NCBI GenBank assembly: GCA_040753955.1
Contig: JBFMDQ010000007.1
Coordinates: 2,303 to 59,234, forward strand
Direction: 5' to 3'
Length of the DNA stretch: 56,932 nucleotides
From: Nitrospirota bacterium
GTDB taxonomy: Bacteria > Nitrospirota > Thermodesulfovibrionia > Thermodesulfovibrionales > SM23-35
Part shown: in pieces, positions 1 to 9,885 of the stretch
Numbering within the stretch: the stretch's first letter is position 1
Layout: each line of letters opens with the position of its first letter
The notes under the pieces: model-generated
Seen by the model: only the letters and a program-made list of their open reading frames with translations
Told to the model about the DNA's origin: nothing
Database searches by the model: none
Position numbers and translations under genes: made by a program

Positions 1-117
1 GACCTCCAGCGCTTTGGGTAATGCCTCGTTATCAATAAGTATAGCGCCTAAGATAGATTGTTCTGCCTCTATGTTCTGGGGAGGTAGTCTATCTAACTGC
101 GAGTCTATTTCCTTCAT
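1..117 (-). CDS. dnaB: Replicative DNA helicase, N-terminal 39 codons (runs off the window)
   Basis: Manual translation MKEIDSQLDRLPPQNIEAEQSILGAILIDNEALPKALEV carries the DnaB PPxxxxAEQxxLG motif; follows rplI as is typical. Confidence 0.9.
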   Translation of the reverse strand, partial: MKEIDSQLDRLPPQNIEAEQSILGAILIDNEALPKALEV

Positions 118-136
118 TCCTGAATAATCCCCAAAC

Positions 137-206
137 TGTCATTCCGAGCGAAGCGAGGAACCCCGTCTTTTGAGATTGCTTCGTCGCTTCACTCCTCGCA
201 ATGACA
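137..206. repeat. Miniature palindromic element (TGTCATT..GAG family) inside a 19-bp direct repeat
   Basis: TGTCATTCCGAG...CTCGCAATGACA terminal inverted repeat (11/12); TTCCTTCATTCCTGAATAA at 109-127 and 219-237; partial copy at 36860-36883. Confidence 0.8.
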
Positions 207-223
207 TTGTCGATACAATTCCT

Positions 224-670
224 TCATTCCTGAATAACCTGAATATTAAGTTGTACTGATATTTCGGGATGGAGCTTTATATTTACAGAGTAAGAGCCGA
301 GCCTTTTTATTGGTTCTTCAAGGGAAATCTTCTTTTTGTCTATCTCGATCCCTTCATTTTGAAGTGCCCCGGCAATATCCATAGTTGTTACAGAACCAAA
401 GAGTTTTCCCTCTTCACCAGCCTTTGCCTTGATCGAGAGCGTCATGGTCAAGATCCTGTTTGCGAGGTCTTGAGCAGAATTTTTGAGCCTCCTTGCCTTC
501 TCCTGGAGAATCCTCTTTTCATGTTCTAAGGATCTTATATTTTTGGTGTTGGCCTCGGTAGCAAGTCCCTTCGGTATTAGATAATTTCTTGCATATCCAT
601 CTGCCACATTCACAATCTGACCCATCTTCCCAACCTTCTTGACATCTTCCTTGAGAATTACCTTCGCCAT
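224..670 (-). CDS. rplI: 50S ribosomal protein L9
   Basis: KVIL..DV...G..G..V.VADGYARNYLIP and GKLFGSVT motifs; 148 aa. Confidence 0.97.
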   Translation of the reverse strand: MAKVILKEDVKKVGKMGQIVNVADGYARNYLIPKGLATEANTKNIRSLEHEKRILQEKARRLKNSAQDLANRILTMTLSIKAKAGEEGKLFGSVTTMDIAGALQNEGIEIDKKKISLEEPIKRLGSYSVNIKLHPEISVQLNIQVIQE

Positions 671-832
671 GAGTCTCCTTCAAGAATTTTATTAATACTA
701 CCCTATGGGTTCGAATTATTCAAGGACTAATTACTTTATGCGATACTTGCCATAAAGGTCCGTAAAGCAGCAGAACTCCAAGTCTTTTGAAAACAAGGGA
801 TTTAATAGAAGAGATCGAGAAGATGGGGGAAA

Positions 833-1669
833 TCACAAGATCTTGAATGGGACTGGTATAAAGGTAAGGGCGAATATGGCGAGTGTAATCCAACCGATGA
901 ACCTTCTCTTACGATCTAATGGAACCTCCGGATACAGAATAGGTGGATGCCTCAGGCCAAGAATCAACAATAAGACAGCCCATATAGCCCATCCTTCCCA
1001 CAATAATAGTCCGAGGAGAAGCATTATGGGTATAAGTATATTTGAAATAAGATTATATTTCTCGCCAAACAGTGCGTAGGCAATATGACCGCCATCGAGC
1101 TGTCCAACAGGTATAAGGTTTATAGATGTTACAAAGAGACCGATCCATCCGGTAAAGGCAACCGGGTGAAGTAGTATGTCCTGAGAACCGGGTTGATAAT
1201 CGAGAATCAAACTGGAAAGGATAGAAAAAAGCAAGGAATCTCCAAGACTGATAGCTCCCTTTGTCTCTTGAATCGGAACGACCTTAGAAAGAGAAAGCCC
1301 AATAATTGAGACCACGACCGAGATGATGAAGCCTGCTACAGGGCCAGATGCACCAATATCCAGAAGGGCCTTTCTTGTAGAAATAGGGGACTTCATTTTG
1401 ATAAAGGCCCCAAAGGTACCGATAATTGTAGGGGCAGGGATAAAATACGGAAGCGTAGCCTTTACTCTGTGTTTCCTTGATGCGAAGTAATGTGATAATT
1501 CATGGGCCAAGAGAATTGACATGAGTGTTAATGCGAAGGGAAGGCCCTTGTAGATTTTTTCAGGTTCCTTCAATATACTTACCCCAGCCTGCATTGCACC
1601 TGCAAGCAATGTAGAAAACAATGTAAATGTAAAAAGTATAAGGTGCAAAAATAGACCCTTTCTTTGCAT
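833..1669 (-). CDS. Site-2 protease (peptidase M50) family membrane protein
   Basis: HELSH zinc motif, GPVAG, NLIPVGQLDGGH; several TM segments. Confidence 0.9.
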   Translation of the reverse strand: MQRKGLFLHLILFTFTLFSTLLAGAMQAGVSILKEPEKIYKGLPFALTLMSILLAHELSHYFASRKHRVKATLPYFIPAPTIIGTFGAFIKMKSPISTRKALLDIGASGPVAGFIISVVVSIIGLSLSKVVPIQETKGAISLGDSLLFSILSSLILDYQPGSQDILLHPVAFTGWIGLFVTSINLIPVGQLDGGHIAYALFGEKYNLISNILIPIMLLLGLLLWEGWAIWAVLLLILGLRHPPILYPEVPLDRKRRFIGWITLAIFALTFIPVPFKIL

Positions 1670-1707
1670 CTTCAGACCTTTCTCTACCTTATTCTTGATC
1701 TCAAGTT

Positions 1708-1923
1708 CTATATATTGTCCTGCTTTTCATTTTGATACCGTCCTTCCAAACCACATCTGGAAAAGACGAAGAGCAAGATTCCCATTAGCATTATATCCAA
1801 TATGTCGTGCCATACATAAGCAAGTCCATTGCCCTTGAATAATACGCCGTAGCCGAAATCAATAAAGTATCTCATCTTAACAGAGATGCAAATATCCCGG
1901 AACAAAGGGTAGTAAAGAATCAC
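1708..1923 (-). pseudogene. C-terminal remnant of an ABC-2 (YbhR-like) permease
   Basis: MRYFIDFGYGVLFKGNGLAYVWHDI...LLFVFS resembles the last helices of YbhR/YhhJ permeases; no N-terminal part present. Confidence 0.5.
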
Positions 1924-3035
1924 AGTGTCCTCTTAAATGTCGCTATTGATATTGTCATCGTCACAATGGTAAAAACCAGAAGAAAGGCTATGTCACCTGA
2001 AATAGTAGAGAGACTTGCATTTTTAAAGAGAATTGACTTCAAGGCATCCACAGCATATGCCTCTGGGTTCACCTTTGCAAATACCTTGAGCCAGTCGGGA
2101 AAGCTTGCAATAGGATATATTGCACCACTCGGAAAGAAGAGGATAACATTCAGGAATCCGCTGAGAATCCCAACAACTCTTGGATGACTTACCCTTCCAA
2201 GGATTACGAACAGCATACTGAGCAGACAGAGTGTCGTCAGTATTATCACGATAAATATAGAGACACCCTGTTCTATAACTCTTGGAAAGGGAATTCCCGT
2301 TATGAGCAAACTCACAACTAAAATTAACGTGGCAATGATCGTTGTTATCGAGAGACCACTGATGATAAGGCCAGATACGATATGCGATTTGGAAAGTGGT
2401 GTGAGGAGATAGCTTTCATCGATTCCAAGAAACCTGTCCATAACAAGATTAAAAGCACCCGTTGTCAATGCCCCCAGGAATATAGCCATAATTACCACAC
2501 CGGGAACGAGAGACTGGTAATAGTCGACCTTTCTGTAAAGGTCTATGCCTCGCAGGTATTTTTCATCAGTCCTTTCCCGTATTGATGCATACTCTGGTTC
2601 AAGAAACCGAAAAGCACCATCAACAGCATTCCTTATGGCCTCAGCAGATATGCTGTCTGTATTATCAAGAAAGAGACCTACCTCTGCCCTCCTCTTTAAG
2701 GAGATTCGCTTATTGAAATCGGGAGGAATGATGAGCGCTCCCTTATATCTGCCTTGTCTGACTCCATTAAGGGCATCACCTTGATCTTTCATCCTGATGA
2801 TGGTAAATGTCTGTGGCCCTGCCTCAACAGCTCGCAAATTTTGGATGAATCTCTCAGAGTAAGGGCCTGAGTCTTGGTTTATGACAACCAGGGGAAGGCC
2901 TCTCAATTTTCCCTGAAATGAATTCCCTAAAATTATAAGATAAAGGATAGGCATGATAATGCTCATTGCGAGAACAACAGGATTCCGCTTGAATTTCTTT
3001 AAGTCCCTTTCAATAACCGCCAGCAGTCTTACCAT
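1920..3035 (-). CDS. ABC-2 type transporter permease
   Basis: N-terminal TM helix, extracytoplasmic loop, LVPG, FFPSGAIYP..FP.WL..NP..YAVDA. Confidence 0.9.
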   Translation of the reverse strand: MVRLLAVIERDLKKFKRNPVVLAMSIIMPILYLIILGNSFQGKLRGLPLVVINQDSGPYSERFIQNLRAVEAGPQTFTIIRMKDQGDALNGVRQGRYKGALIIPPDFNKRISLKRRAEVGLFLDNTDSISAEAIRNAVDGAFRFLEPEYASIRERTDEKYLRGIDLYRKVDYYQSLVPGVVIMAIFLGALTTGAFNLVMDRFLGIDESYLLTPLSKSHIVSGLIISGLSITTIIATLILVVSLLITGIPFPRVIEQGVSIFIVIILTTLCLLSMLFVILGRVSHPRVVGILSGFLNVILFFPSGAIYPIASFPDWLKVFAKVNPEAYAVDALKSILFKNASLSTISGDIAFLLVFTIVTMTISIATFKRTL

Positions 3036-3063
3036 ACTACTCCTAAACTTTCAATTTTTATTT

Positions 3064-4071
3064 TCATCTTCCCCATTTCCGGGGTATCCCCGCACCTAAA
3101 AGGAGGCTCACCTTCTTTGCCTCTTCTTCTCTTATAGACCTGCCAGTGTAGTGGATAAAAACATCCTCAAGGGACTGCTCGTGGATTGTTGCTGATAAAA
3201 CCTTCCCACCGGATGATTTCATTTCATCCATGAGCACAGGGAGGTTCTGTGCCCCACTGTCAACATAGACCCTGACACTGTCATCCTCAACGTTTACCTT
3301 ATGTACAAAAGGCAAATCTTTTATTTTCTCAATAATGCTTGCTGATAGATCCTCAATAGTTAAAGAAATGATATCATTTCCTGGTATCTGTGACTTAAGC
3401 TCATCAGGGCTTCCAATCGCTATTATCTTTCCCGAATCTATGATAGCAACCCTATCACATAACACCTCTGCCTCTTCCATATAGTGGGTTGTGAGAAATA
3501 TTGTTATTGTATCTCCTTCTCTAAGCTTTCTGAGAAAATCCCGGACAACATGTCTAGACTGGGGATCAAGCCCAATAGTCGGTTCATCGAGAAAAAGGAT
3601 TTTTGGTTTATGCACTAAACCCCGTGCAACCTCAAGCCTCCTCCTCATTCCGCCTGAGTATGCCGCAACAAGGTCATTGGCCCTTGCTGTGAGGCCAACC
3701 ATCTCAAGGAGATACTCAATCCTCTCTTTCCTTTCTTTTGAGGGTATTCCATAGAACCGTCCATAAATATCCATATTCTCATAGCCTGTGAGATCGAGAT
3801 CTGTCGTCATCGCCTGCGGAACGACACCAATCTCTCTCCTGACAGCCTCCGGATTCTTTGCCACATCGCAACATGCAACAACAGCCCTCCCACCTGTTGG
3901 TTTAAGAAGCGTGGTAAGCATTCTGATAAGAGTCGTCTTTCCGGCCCCATTTGGACCAAGGAAGCCAAAGAATTCGCCCTCTATCACATCAAAACTCACA
4001 TTATCAACGGCGGTAATAGGGCCAAATTTCTTTGTTATTCCTGAGACCTCTATGGCCTTGGTCTTTTGCAT
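3064..4071 (-). CDS. ABC transporter ATP-binding protein (DrrA/NodI-like)
   Basis: GPNGAGKT, YSGGMRRR, LFLDEPT, TTH. Confidence 0.93.
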   Translation of the reverse strand: MQKTKAIEVSGITKKFGPITAVDNVSFDVIEGEFFGFLGPNGAGKTTLIRMLTTLLKPTGGRAVVACCDVAKNPEAVRREIGVVPQAMTTDLDLTGYENMDIYGRFYGIPSKERKERIEYLLEMVGLTARANDLVAAYSGGMRRRLEVARGLVHKPKILFLDEPTIGLDPQSRHVVRDFLRKLREGDTITIFLTTHYMEEAEVLCDRVAIIDSGKIIAIGSPDELKSQIPGNDIISLTIEDLSASIIEKIKDLPFVHKVNVEDDSVRVYVDSGAQNLPVLMDEMKSSGGKVLSATIHEQSLEDVFIHYTGRSIREEEAKKVSLLLGAGIPRKWGR

Positions 4072-4076
4072 AATCC

Positions 4077-5117
4077 TTATACCTTTTTTGGTATTTCCAC
4101 TTCTACGGTCATCCCTGGCTTTAACACTTCAGCAGTATCAGTTAACTTTACCTTAACCCTGAAGGTCTTTATATCCTGCCTTCCGCGTGTTACATCCCTC
4201 TGGGTTGCAAACTCTGCATACCTTCCTATCTCTGAAACCTTTCCTTTAAACACTTTATCAGGAATCCCCTCCGCCCTGACAATCGTCTCGCTATTTAGCG
4301 CCACAGAACCTATAAGGGTCTCCTCTATATCTACCCTGACATAAAGGTTGTCCATGTCCACTATTGTTAAAATTGTCACACCTGGACTTACTGTTTCACT
4401 TTCTTCCAATGACTTGAATATGACTGTCCCTGATATAGGAGTTTTTATCACGGTGTCATAGAGCCTTGATATGTGATAAGAAAGATTGGCCTCTGACTCC
4501 TTAAGTTTTGCCTTTGCAGAGTTGAGCTGACTGATTGATGCGTTAAGCTGAGCTGTAGCAGCATCCCTTTTTGAGTAAGAAGCCGTGAGTCTTGCCTTTG
4601 CAGACATATAGGTCGCCACAGATGTATCATAATTGGTTGTTACTATCTCAAAGGAGTCCGTAGAGATTAATTCCTCTTTGTAAAGGGCAGTGGCTCTGTC
4701 AAGCTTTTTCTTTGCCTCATCCATCACTGCACGGGCCTTTTCTACATCTGCCTCTGAACTCTTAATCTCGGCCTCAGCGTTTTGAATATTCGCCTTTGCA
4801 TTTTCAATTGCTGACTCTGAAACCCTGACATCTGCCTTTGCCTTCTCAACTCCTGCTCTTGCCTGCTCTACTGACGCTCTGAGGTCATCACTTTCGAGTT
4901 TAATAACGATCTGGCCTTTCTCGACTTTGTCGCCCTCATTACAGCAAATCTCAGAAATTTTGCCTGATACCTTTGAGGAAAGATTCACCTCTACTCCCTC
5001 AATGATTCCTGTTGTATGGATTGCTTCAGCCCTTTTTCCCCTTTGGGCAAAGAAAACCATAAGGATTGTGACTGCTATCAGAAAGATTATGGCAAAGGTA
5101 ATTATCCGTTTTTTCAT
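4077..5117 (-). CDS. HlyD-family membrane fusion protein
   Basis: N-terminal anchor, lipoyl halves, long coiled coil, LKPGM. Confidence 0.9.
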   Translation of the reverse strand: MKKRIITFAIIFLIAVTILMVFFAQRGKRAEAIHTTGIIEGVEVNLSSKVSGKISEICCNEGDKVEKGQIVIKLESDDLRASVEQARAGVEKAKADVRVSESAIENAKANIQNAEAEIKSSEADVEKARAVMDEAKKKLDRATALYKEELISTDSFEIVTTNYDTSVATYMSAKARLTASYSKRDAATAQLNASISQLNSAKAKLKESEANLSYHISRLYDTVIKTPISGTVIFKSLEESETVSPGVTILTIVDMDNLYVRVDIEETLIGSVALNSETIVRAEGIPDKVFKGKVSEIGRYAEFATQRDVTRGRQDIKTFRVKVKLTDTAEVLKPGMTVEVEIPKKV

Positions 5118-5246
5118 GAATTCATCTATCCAACTGGGGGAAAATAGCGTTCAAGAAAATCTGCCAGTTCCAGTCTAAAGGCACCGCAATCTATGGGTTC
5201 CGGTGCTAGGCCAATGCTTTCTTGATAATACCCATTATTTCCTTTC

Positions 5247-5678
5247 CTAAAAGCGTTCCTTTATATTCTTGATGGCCTCTCTAATCTCAGCCCTGACCTT
5301 TTCCGTTGCTTCTTTGGTAGTTTCTTTAGCTATTTCCAGAGTGTGCTCCAGACCTTTCACGGCTCCCTCCACGGCATCCTTGAGAAAGACTTTTGTTTTA
5401 TCTCCAGCCTCACTTATAGCCTCAATCGCCCCTGTTGCTGCGCTGTGAGCGATATCGGTTAATTTGCCGCCGGCTTCTTTTGCTGCCTCAGCGGCACTTT
5501 TTACTACACCTTCTGTAATCTTTTTGATGTTCTCCCCTGTAGCCTCTGTCTTTTCCAGAGTAGAGGCCACAGTTTCTTTCACCTTTTCCCTCACATCCTT
5601 CGAGACTTCCCTTCCCCTTTTAATGATCTCCAATACATCTTCCCTGATCTTTTCGACGATCTTCTCTGGCATTTTCAT
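5247..5678 (-). CDS. Hypothetical Ala/Glu/Lys-rich amphipathic helical protein
   Basis: 143-aa ORF with AGGAGG Shine-Dalgarno, co-oriented in the cluster. Confidence 0.75.
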   Translation of the reverse strand: MKMPEKIVEKIREDVLEIIKRGREVSKDVREKVKETVASTLEKTEATGENIKKITEGVVKSAAEAAKEAGGKLTDIAHSAATGAIEAISEAGDKTKVFLKDAVEGAVKGLEHTLEIAKETTKEATEKVRAEIREAIKNIKERF

Positions 5679-5771
5679 TTACCTCCTGTTATTTTTGTGC
5701 CTCTTTCTTCTATTTTTGATTTTTATCAAAAGAATTCCTCGAAGCACTGCTTCGGGTATGACCATATATCC

Positions 5772-5819
5772 TTTACCACCCCACCCAGAAAGCCCCACCC
5801 TGTGGGTGGGGTGGTTTAC
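5772..5819. mobile_element. TTTAC-bounded miniature palindrome, IS200/IS605-end-like
   Basis: 13-bp perfect inverted repeat (5775-5787 / 5803-5815), internal AAGCCCCACCC, TTTAC at both ends. Confidence 0.6.
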
Positions 5820-5822
5820 TGC

Positions 5823-5988
5823 TGTCATTCCCGCTTGCCTGCCCTGCTTCGCAGAGCGAGGCCAGGGTCGGGAATCCTTCTTCAGAGAGATTCTGGACTT
5901 CGGCGTGAGCCCTCGACCTGAGCGTTCGGCTGAGCTCACGCCGAAGCCTCGGGCCGAAGGTTCAGTCGAACGACAAGCCAGAATGACA
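5823..5988. repeat. Nested cluster of miniature palindromic repeats
   Basis: TGTCATTC...GAATGACA outer element containing inserted short palindromes. Confidence 0.75.
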
Positions 5989-6017
5989 TGATGACATGTT
6001 TTATCCAGGAATCTTCT

Positions 6018-7388
6018 TTATCGTACCTTACCCTTTGCAAGCGATGCAAATATGCCTCCGGAACAAAGAGTAGCAAAAATGATAAAGGCTGCTTTCACAC
6101 TTTTCATAAAAAGTTGATGGTATTCAGGTGTAATCTGAACCTTCCCGATGTATATTGCAAATAGCAGCATTGCGATTCCCATGCTGAGCATCTGCCCTAT
6201 CAGCCGCATTGTTCCGAGTGTCCCTGAGGCTACCCCGTAAAACTTTTTCCCTACAGAACTCATCACGGCATTGGTATTGGGAGATGCGAAAAAGGCAAAG
6301 CCAAAGCCAAGAAGAATCAAGCAGGCTATGATGAACTCGAGATTTGTTTTCTCATTTAAAGAAGTAAGGAGGAAAAGTCCGAGGGCTGTCAAAGCCATCC
6401 CTATCGAGGCAACTATTCGTGGTTCGATTCTGTCTGAAAGCCTGCCAGCAAAGGGTGAGAAGATAGTCATCACAACGGGTTGGAATACTAAAATCAAGCC
6501 TGTTTTCTGTGGGCTTAAACCTTTTATATACTGCAAGTAAAGACTTAAAAGAAATACAACGGCAAATGTTGCGCAATAATTGATGAAAGCAGCCAGATTT
6601 GAAAAGGAAAAGACCATGTTATTCCTGAAAAGATTTATACCCAGAATGGGATTTATAGCCTTTATTTCCCATCTAATAAATGCGAAGATCCCTAAAATAC
6701 CAATTAAAATCAGCCAGAGACTCAACGGTGCAGGCAAAAGGGAAAGACCATACATAATTGCTAAAAGGGTGAGGCTGTAGATTATGGAACCGCTTAAATC
6801 GAACCTCTCCCCCCTTGCCTCAGCCCATTCTCCCTTTAATGTCAGGAAAATAAGGGTAATTACTATTAAGCCAACCGGGATGGTTGCAAGAAAAATGCTT
6901 CTCCAGCCGAAATGTTGAGTCAAAAACCCACCGACAAATGGTCCAAGGGAAAGTCCTAAATAAATTGAAGCAGCATTTATTCCAAGGGCCTTACCCCTTT
7001 CCCCGGCGGGAAACACGGATATTAGAATCGCCACTGCCGTACCAAAGACCATTGAACTTCCAATTCCCTGCAAGAATCGGAGGGAAATGAGAAAATTGGC
7101 AGAGGGTGACATTGTCATAAGAAAGGCAGATAGGGTAAAAATAAATATGCCGTATGTAAAAATCCTCTTTCTTCCATGTATGTCCGCTATTCTTCCAGCG
7201 GGAACAAGGAACATTGCTGCGGATAAAAGAAAGGAGGTGGGAATCCAGCTTAACAATACTGCGTTCATCTCAAATTCTCTCCCTATCGAGGGAAGTGCAA
7301 TATTGACTGAAGAGCCCATAAAAGGTGTAAGAAAAGAGGCCATTGTAGCAATGATTAAAGTTATTCTTTTATTTGCAGTATTATTCAC
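6018..7388 (-). CDS. MFS transporter, DHA2-type drug efflux
   Basis: VNIALP, GRIADIHGRKR, LGPFVGG, WRSIF motifs. Confidence 0.92.
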   Translation of the reverse strand: MNNTANKRITLIIATMASFLTPFMGSSVNIALPSIGREFEMNAVLLSWIPTSFLLSAAMFLVPAGRIADIHGRKRIFTYGIFIFTLSAFLMTMSPSANFLISLRFLQGIGSSMVFGTAVAILISVFPAGERGKALGINAASIYLGLSLGPFVGGFLTQHFGWRSIFLATIPVGLIVITLIFLTLKGEWAEARGERFDLSGSIIYSLTLLAIMYGLSLLPAPLSLWLILIGILGIFAFIRWEIKAINPILGINLFRNNMVFSFSNLAAFINYCATFAVVFLLSLYLQYIKGLSPQKTGLILVFQPVVMTIFSPFAGRLSDRIEPRIVASIGMALTALGLFLLTSLNEKTNLEFIIACLILLGFGFAFFASPNTNAVMSSVGKKFYGVASGTLGTMRLIGQMLSMGIAMLLFAIYIGKVQITPEYHQLFMKSVKAAFIIFATLCSGGIFASLAKGKVR

Positions 7389-7442
7389 AAAACCTTAGTG
7401 ACATTGTAAAAATGCTAACATTCCTTTTCTCTCAATGGATTA

Positions 7443-8090
7443 TTATAAACCGAGGTTATATCTTATACTCTCAACAAGTTTAACAATCATTTCCTCTGCT
7501 ATAGTAAAGCTGACCGCGCTTGTATCTATACATAGATGGTAATTCCTTGCATCTGTCCAGTTAACGCCTGTCATGTCGCGTATGAACTTTTCCCTGTTGC
7601 GATCCGATTCCTCTATCTCTGAGAGTGCTTTATCTCTATCAGAGATATTGCGAACCTCCATTATCCGTTTGATGCGAAAATTCAGAGGTGCATGAACAAA
7701 AACATTCACTAGGCCAGGATGCCCTCTGAGCACATAAAATCCTCCACGACCAATGATAACTGCATTATACCTTTCAGCAATCTCATTGATAATTTTAGAT
7801 TCTATATCAAATAAATCTCTGTCGTATATGGGCCTAGATGGCGGCATATAAGCCACTTCAGGTATTTCAAAGGAGAAGGCCCTCAAAAGTTTTTCAAAAA
7901 AGCTCGATGGCTTTTCCTCGAGGCTTGAAATCTCTGACTCATTTACCTCCAGGTATTTAGACGCCTCATAAAGGATATCCCTGTCGAAATATTTAAAGTC
8001 AAGCCTTCTTGCCACCAGATGGCCAATATAAGAACCGCCGCTTGCCTCTTGTCTTGATATCGTTATTACGATGGTTCCACCCTTTTTCAT
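7443..8090 (-). CDS. Cytidylate kinase-like family protein
   Basis: ITISRQ.ASGG, VIIGRGG, D..R, YHLCIDT. Confidence 0.85.
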   Translation of the reverse strand: MKKGGTIVITISRQEASGGSYIGHLVARRLDFKYFDRDILYEASKYLEVNESEISSLEEKPSSFFEKLLRAFSFEIPEVAYMPPSRPIYDRDLFDIESKIINEIAERYNAVIIGRGGFYVLRGHPGLVNVFVHAPLNFRIKRIMEVRNISDRDKALSEIEESDRNREKFIRDMTGVNWTDARNYHLCIDTSAVSFTIAEEMIVKLVESIRYNLGL

Positions 8091-9581
8091 ACATCCCCAT
8101 GTTCTACTATTTTCTCATATCCTTAACCCTCTTCATGTCCCCCCTCTTTCGGCTCGATAGATTTACACTACATTTTAAGTCCCCCTTTTCTAAAGGGAGA
8201 CATAGAAGGATTACTAAAGCCTGAATAGTTACAAATTCTTTATGCATGATTACTTTGATCTTTTCATAAACTTTCCCTGCAGTTCATCAAATAAATCATA
8301 TGCCACAGGTACCACAACAAGAGTCAAAAATAGAGATGTCAGAAGACCTCCTATAGTTGCAATGGCCATTGGAGACCGCGTCTCCGCACCTTCGCCAATT
8401 CCGAGGGCTATGGGCATCATACCGAATATCATTGCGAATGTAGTCATTAATATCGGCCTCAGTCGAACGGGCCCGGCCTGTAGTATCGCTTCTTTTCTCT
8501 CCATTCCCCTTGACCTCAGTGTGTTTGTATAATCTACAAGCAATATTGCGTTTTTCTTTACAAGACCCATAAGTAGAATAATCCCTATGAGGCTGAAGAT
8601 GTTGATTGTCTTTCCTGTGATGAAGAGGGCTCCAAAGGCACCAATAAAGGATAGGGGCAACGAAAGAAGTATCGTAAAAGGATGGATGAAGCTTTCAAAC
8701 TGGGCCGCAAGAATCATATATGCAAGGGCTATTCCGAGCACAAGAGCGAACAAAAGATAGAAAAAAGATTCTTCCATAACCTCAGCCATACCCTTATACC
8801 TTCCTGAATAGTCTGGTGTCAGAACCTTTGCTGATATACTATCAAGCTCTGCCTTTGCCTGACCGAGGGGTTTCCTTTCAAGGTTTGCAAAGACTGTTAC
8901 CGCCCTTTGCCTATCAACCCTATTGATGATGCTCGGACCACCTGCCTCCTGAACACTGACCACATTAGAAATTTCGACAAGCCTTCCATCACTTGATCTC
9001 ACATAAAGTCTTCCTATATCATCAGGATTCCTCCTATCTATGGGGATAAGCCTTGCCCTGACATCATATCTCCTGCCCTTTGCCTCATCCTTGAACTTTG
9101 TGACGTCAACCTCACCACCTATAAGGAAGTTTATAGCCTCGGCAACTGTAGCGACTTTGACTCCAAGATCCGCTGCCTTATCCCTGTCAATATAAACTTT
9201 CAGTTCTGGTTTTCCGGTTTCAAGGGATGTATCAACATCTACAATGCCGGGAAGTTTTGAAAATTCATTTACAATCTGCTTTGTATATGTCTCAAGGGAC
9301 AGTAAATCCCTTCCTCTGATGCTATACTGAATGGGAACCATCCTCTGACCTCCACCGATAAGAGAGACATTTTCAGCTGTTCCCGTCAGTCCCGGAATCT
9401 GTCTGAATCTCTTCCTCACCTCTGCCATTAGCTGCTCCTGATTTTTCTCTCTTTCTGCCTTTGGCTTAAGTCCGATGAACATTATCCCCTTATTGACCTC
9501 TCCTCCAACAAGCCCCTGTGCATAGAAAACGGTTTTTACTTCAGGTATGGATTGTATATAATCCTCTGCCTTTTTAAACAT

Positions 9582-9613
9582 CCTGTCCACCTCATCACCT
9601 GTCCACCTCATCA
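9582..9613. repeat. Exact 16-bp tandem duplication
   Basis: CCTGTCCACCTCATCA at 9582-9597 and 9598-9613. Confidence 0.97.
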
Positions 9614-9841
9614 ACAGAATAATCTATTGGTGCTTCAAGCCTTACTATAAATCGGCTCTGGTCTTCAGGAGGTATAAATTCCTTACCTAAAAATCCTGTC
9701 ATAAAAAGGCTGAAGATAAAAATGCCGGTTGCCAGAATTATCACAATTGCCCTGTGTCTTAAGGCAATTGCAAGCAGTCTCCTGTAAAGCTCCTCTACTT
9801 TTTTATAGCCTTTTTCAAGGCGCATTGAAATTCCATGGAGA

Positions 9842-9885
9842 ACCCCCCCAGTCCCCCCCTTGCTAAGGGGGGGATTAGAGGGGGT
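9842..9885. repeat. C-tract/G-tract palindrome in frame within the RND gene
   Basis: ACCCCCCC..CCCCCCCTTGCTAAGGGGGGG..GGGGGT encodes TPSNPPLSKGGTGGV. Confidence 0.75.

Noticed and set aside
5125-5234. Collapsed gene remnant (MGIIKKALA stop; FRLELADFLERYF)
   Set aside because: Too short to assign without a search.
5679-5939. 86-aa ORF and overlapping 5464-5991 ORF
   Set aside because: They read through nested palindromes or antisense to another gene and show no protein-like features.
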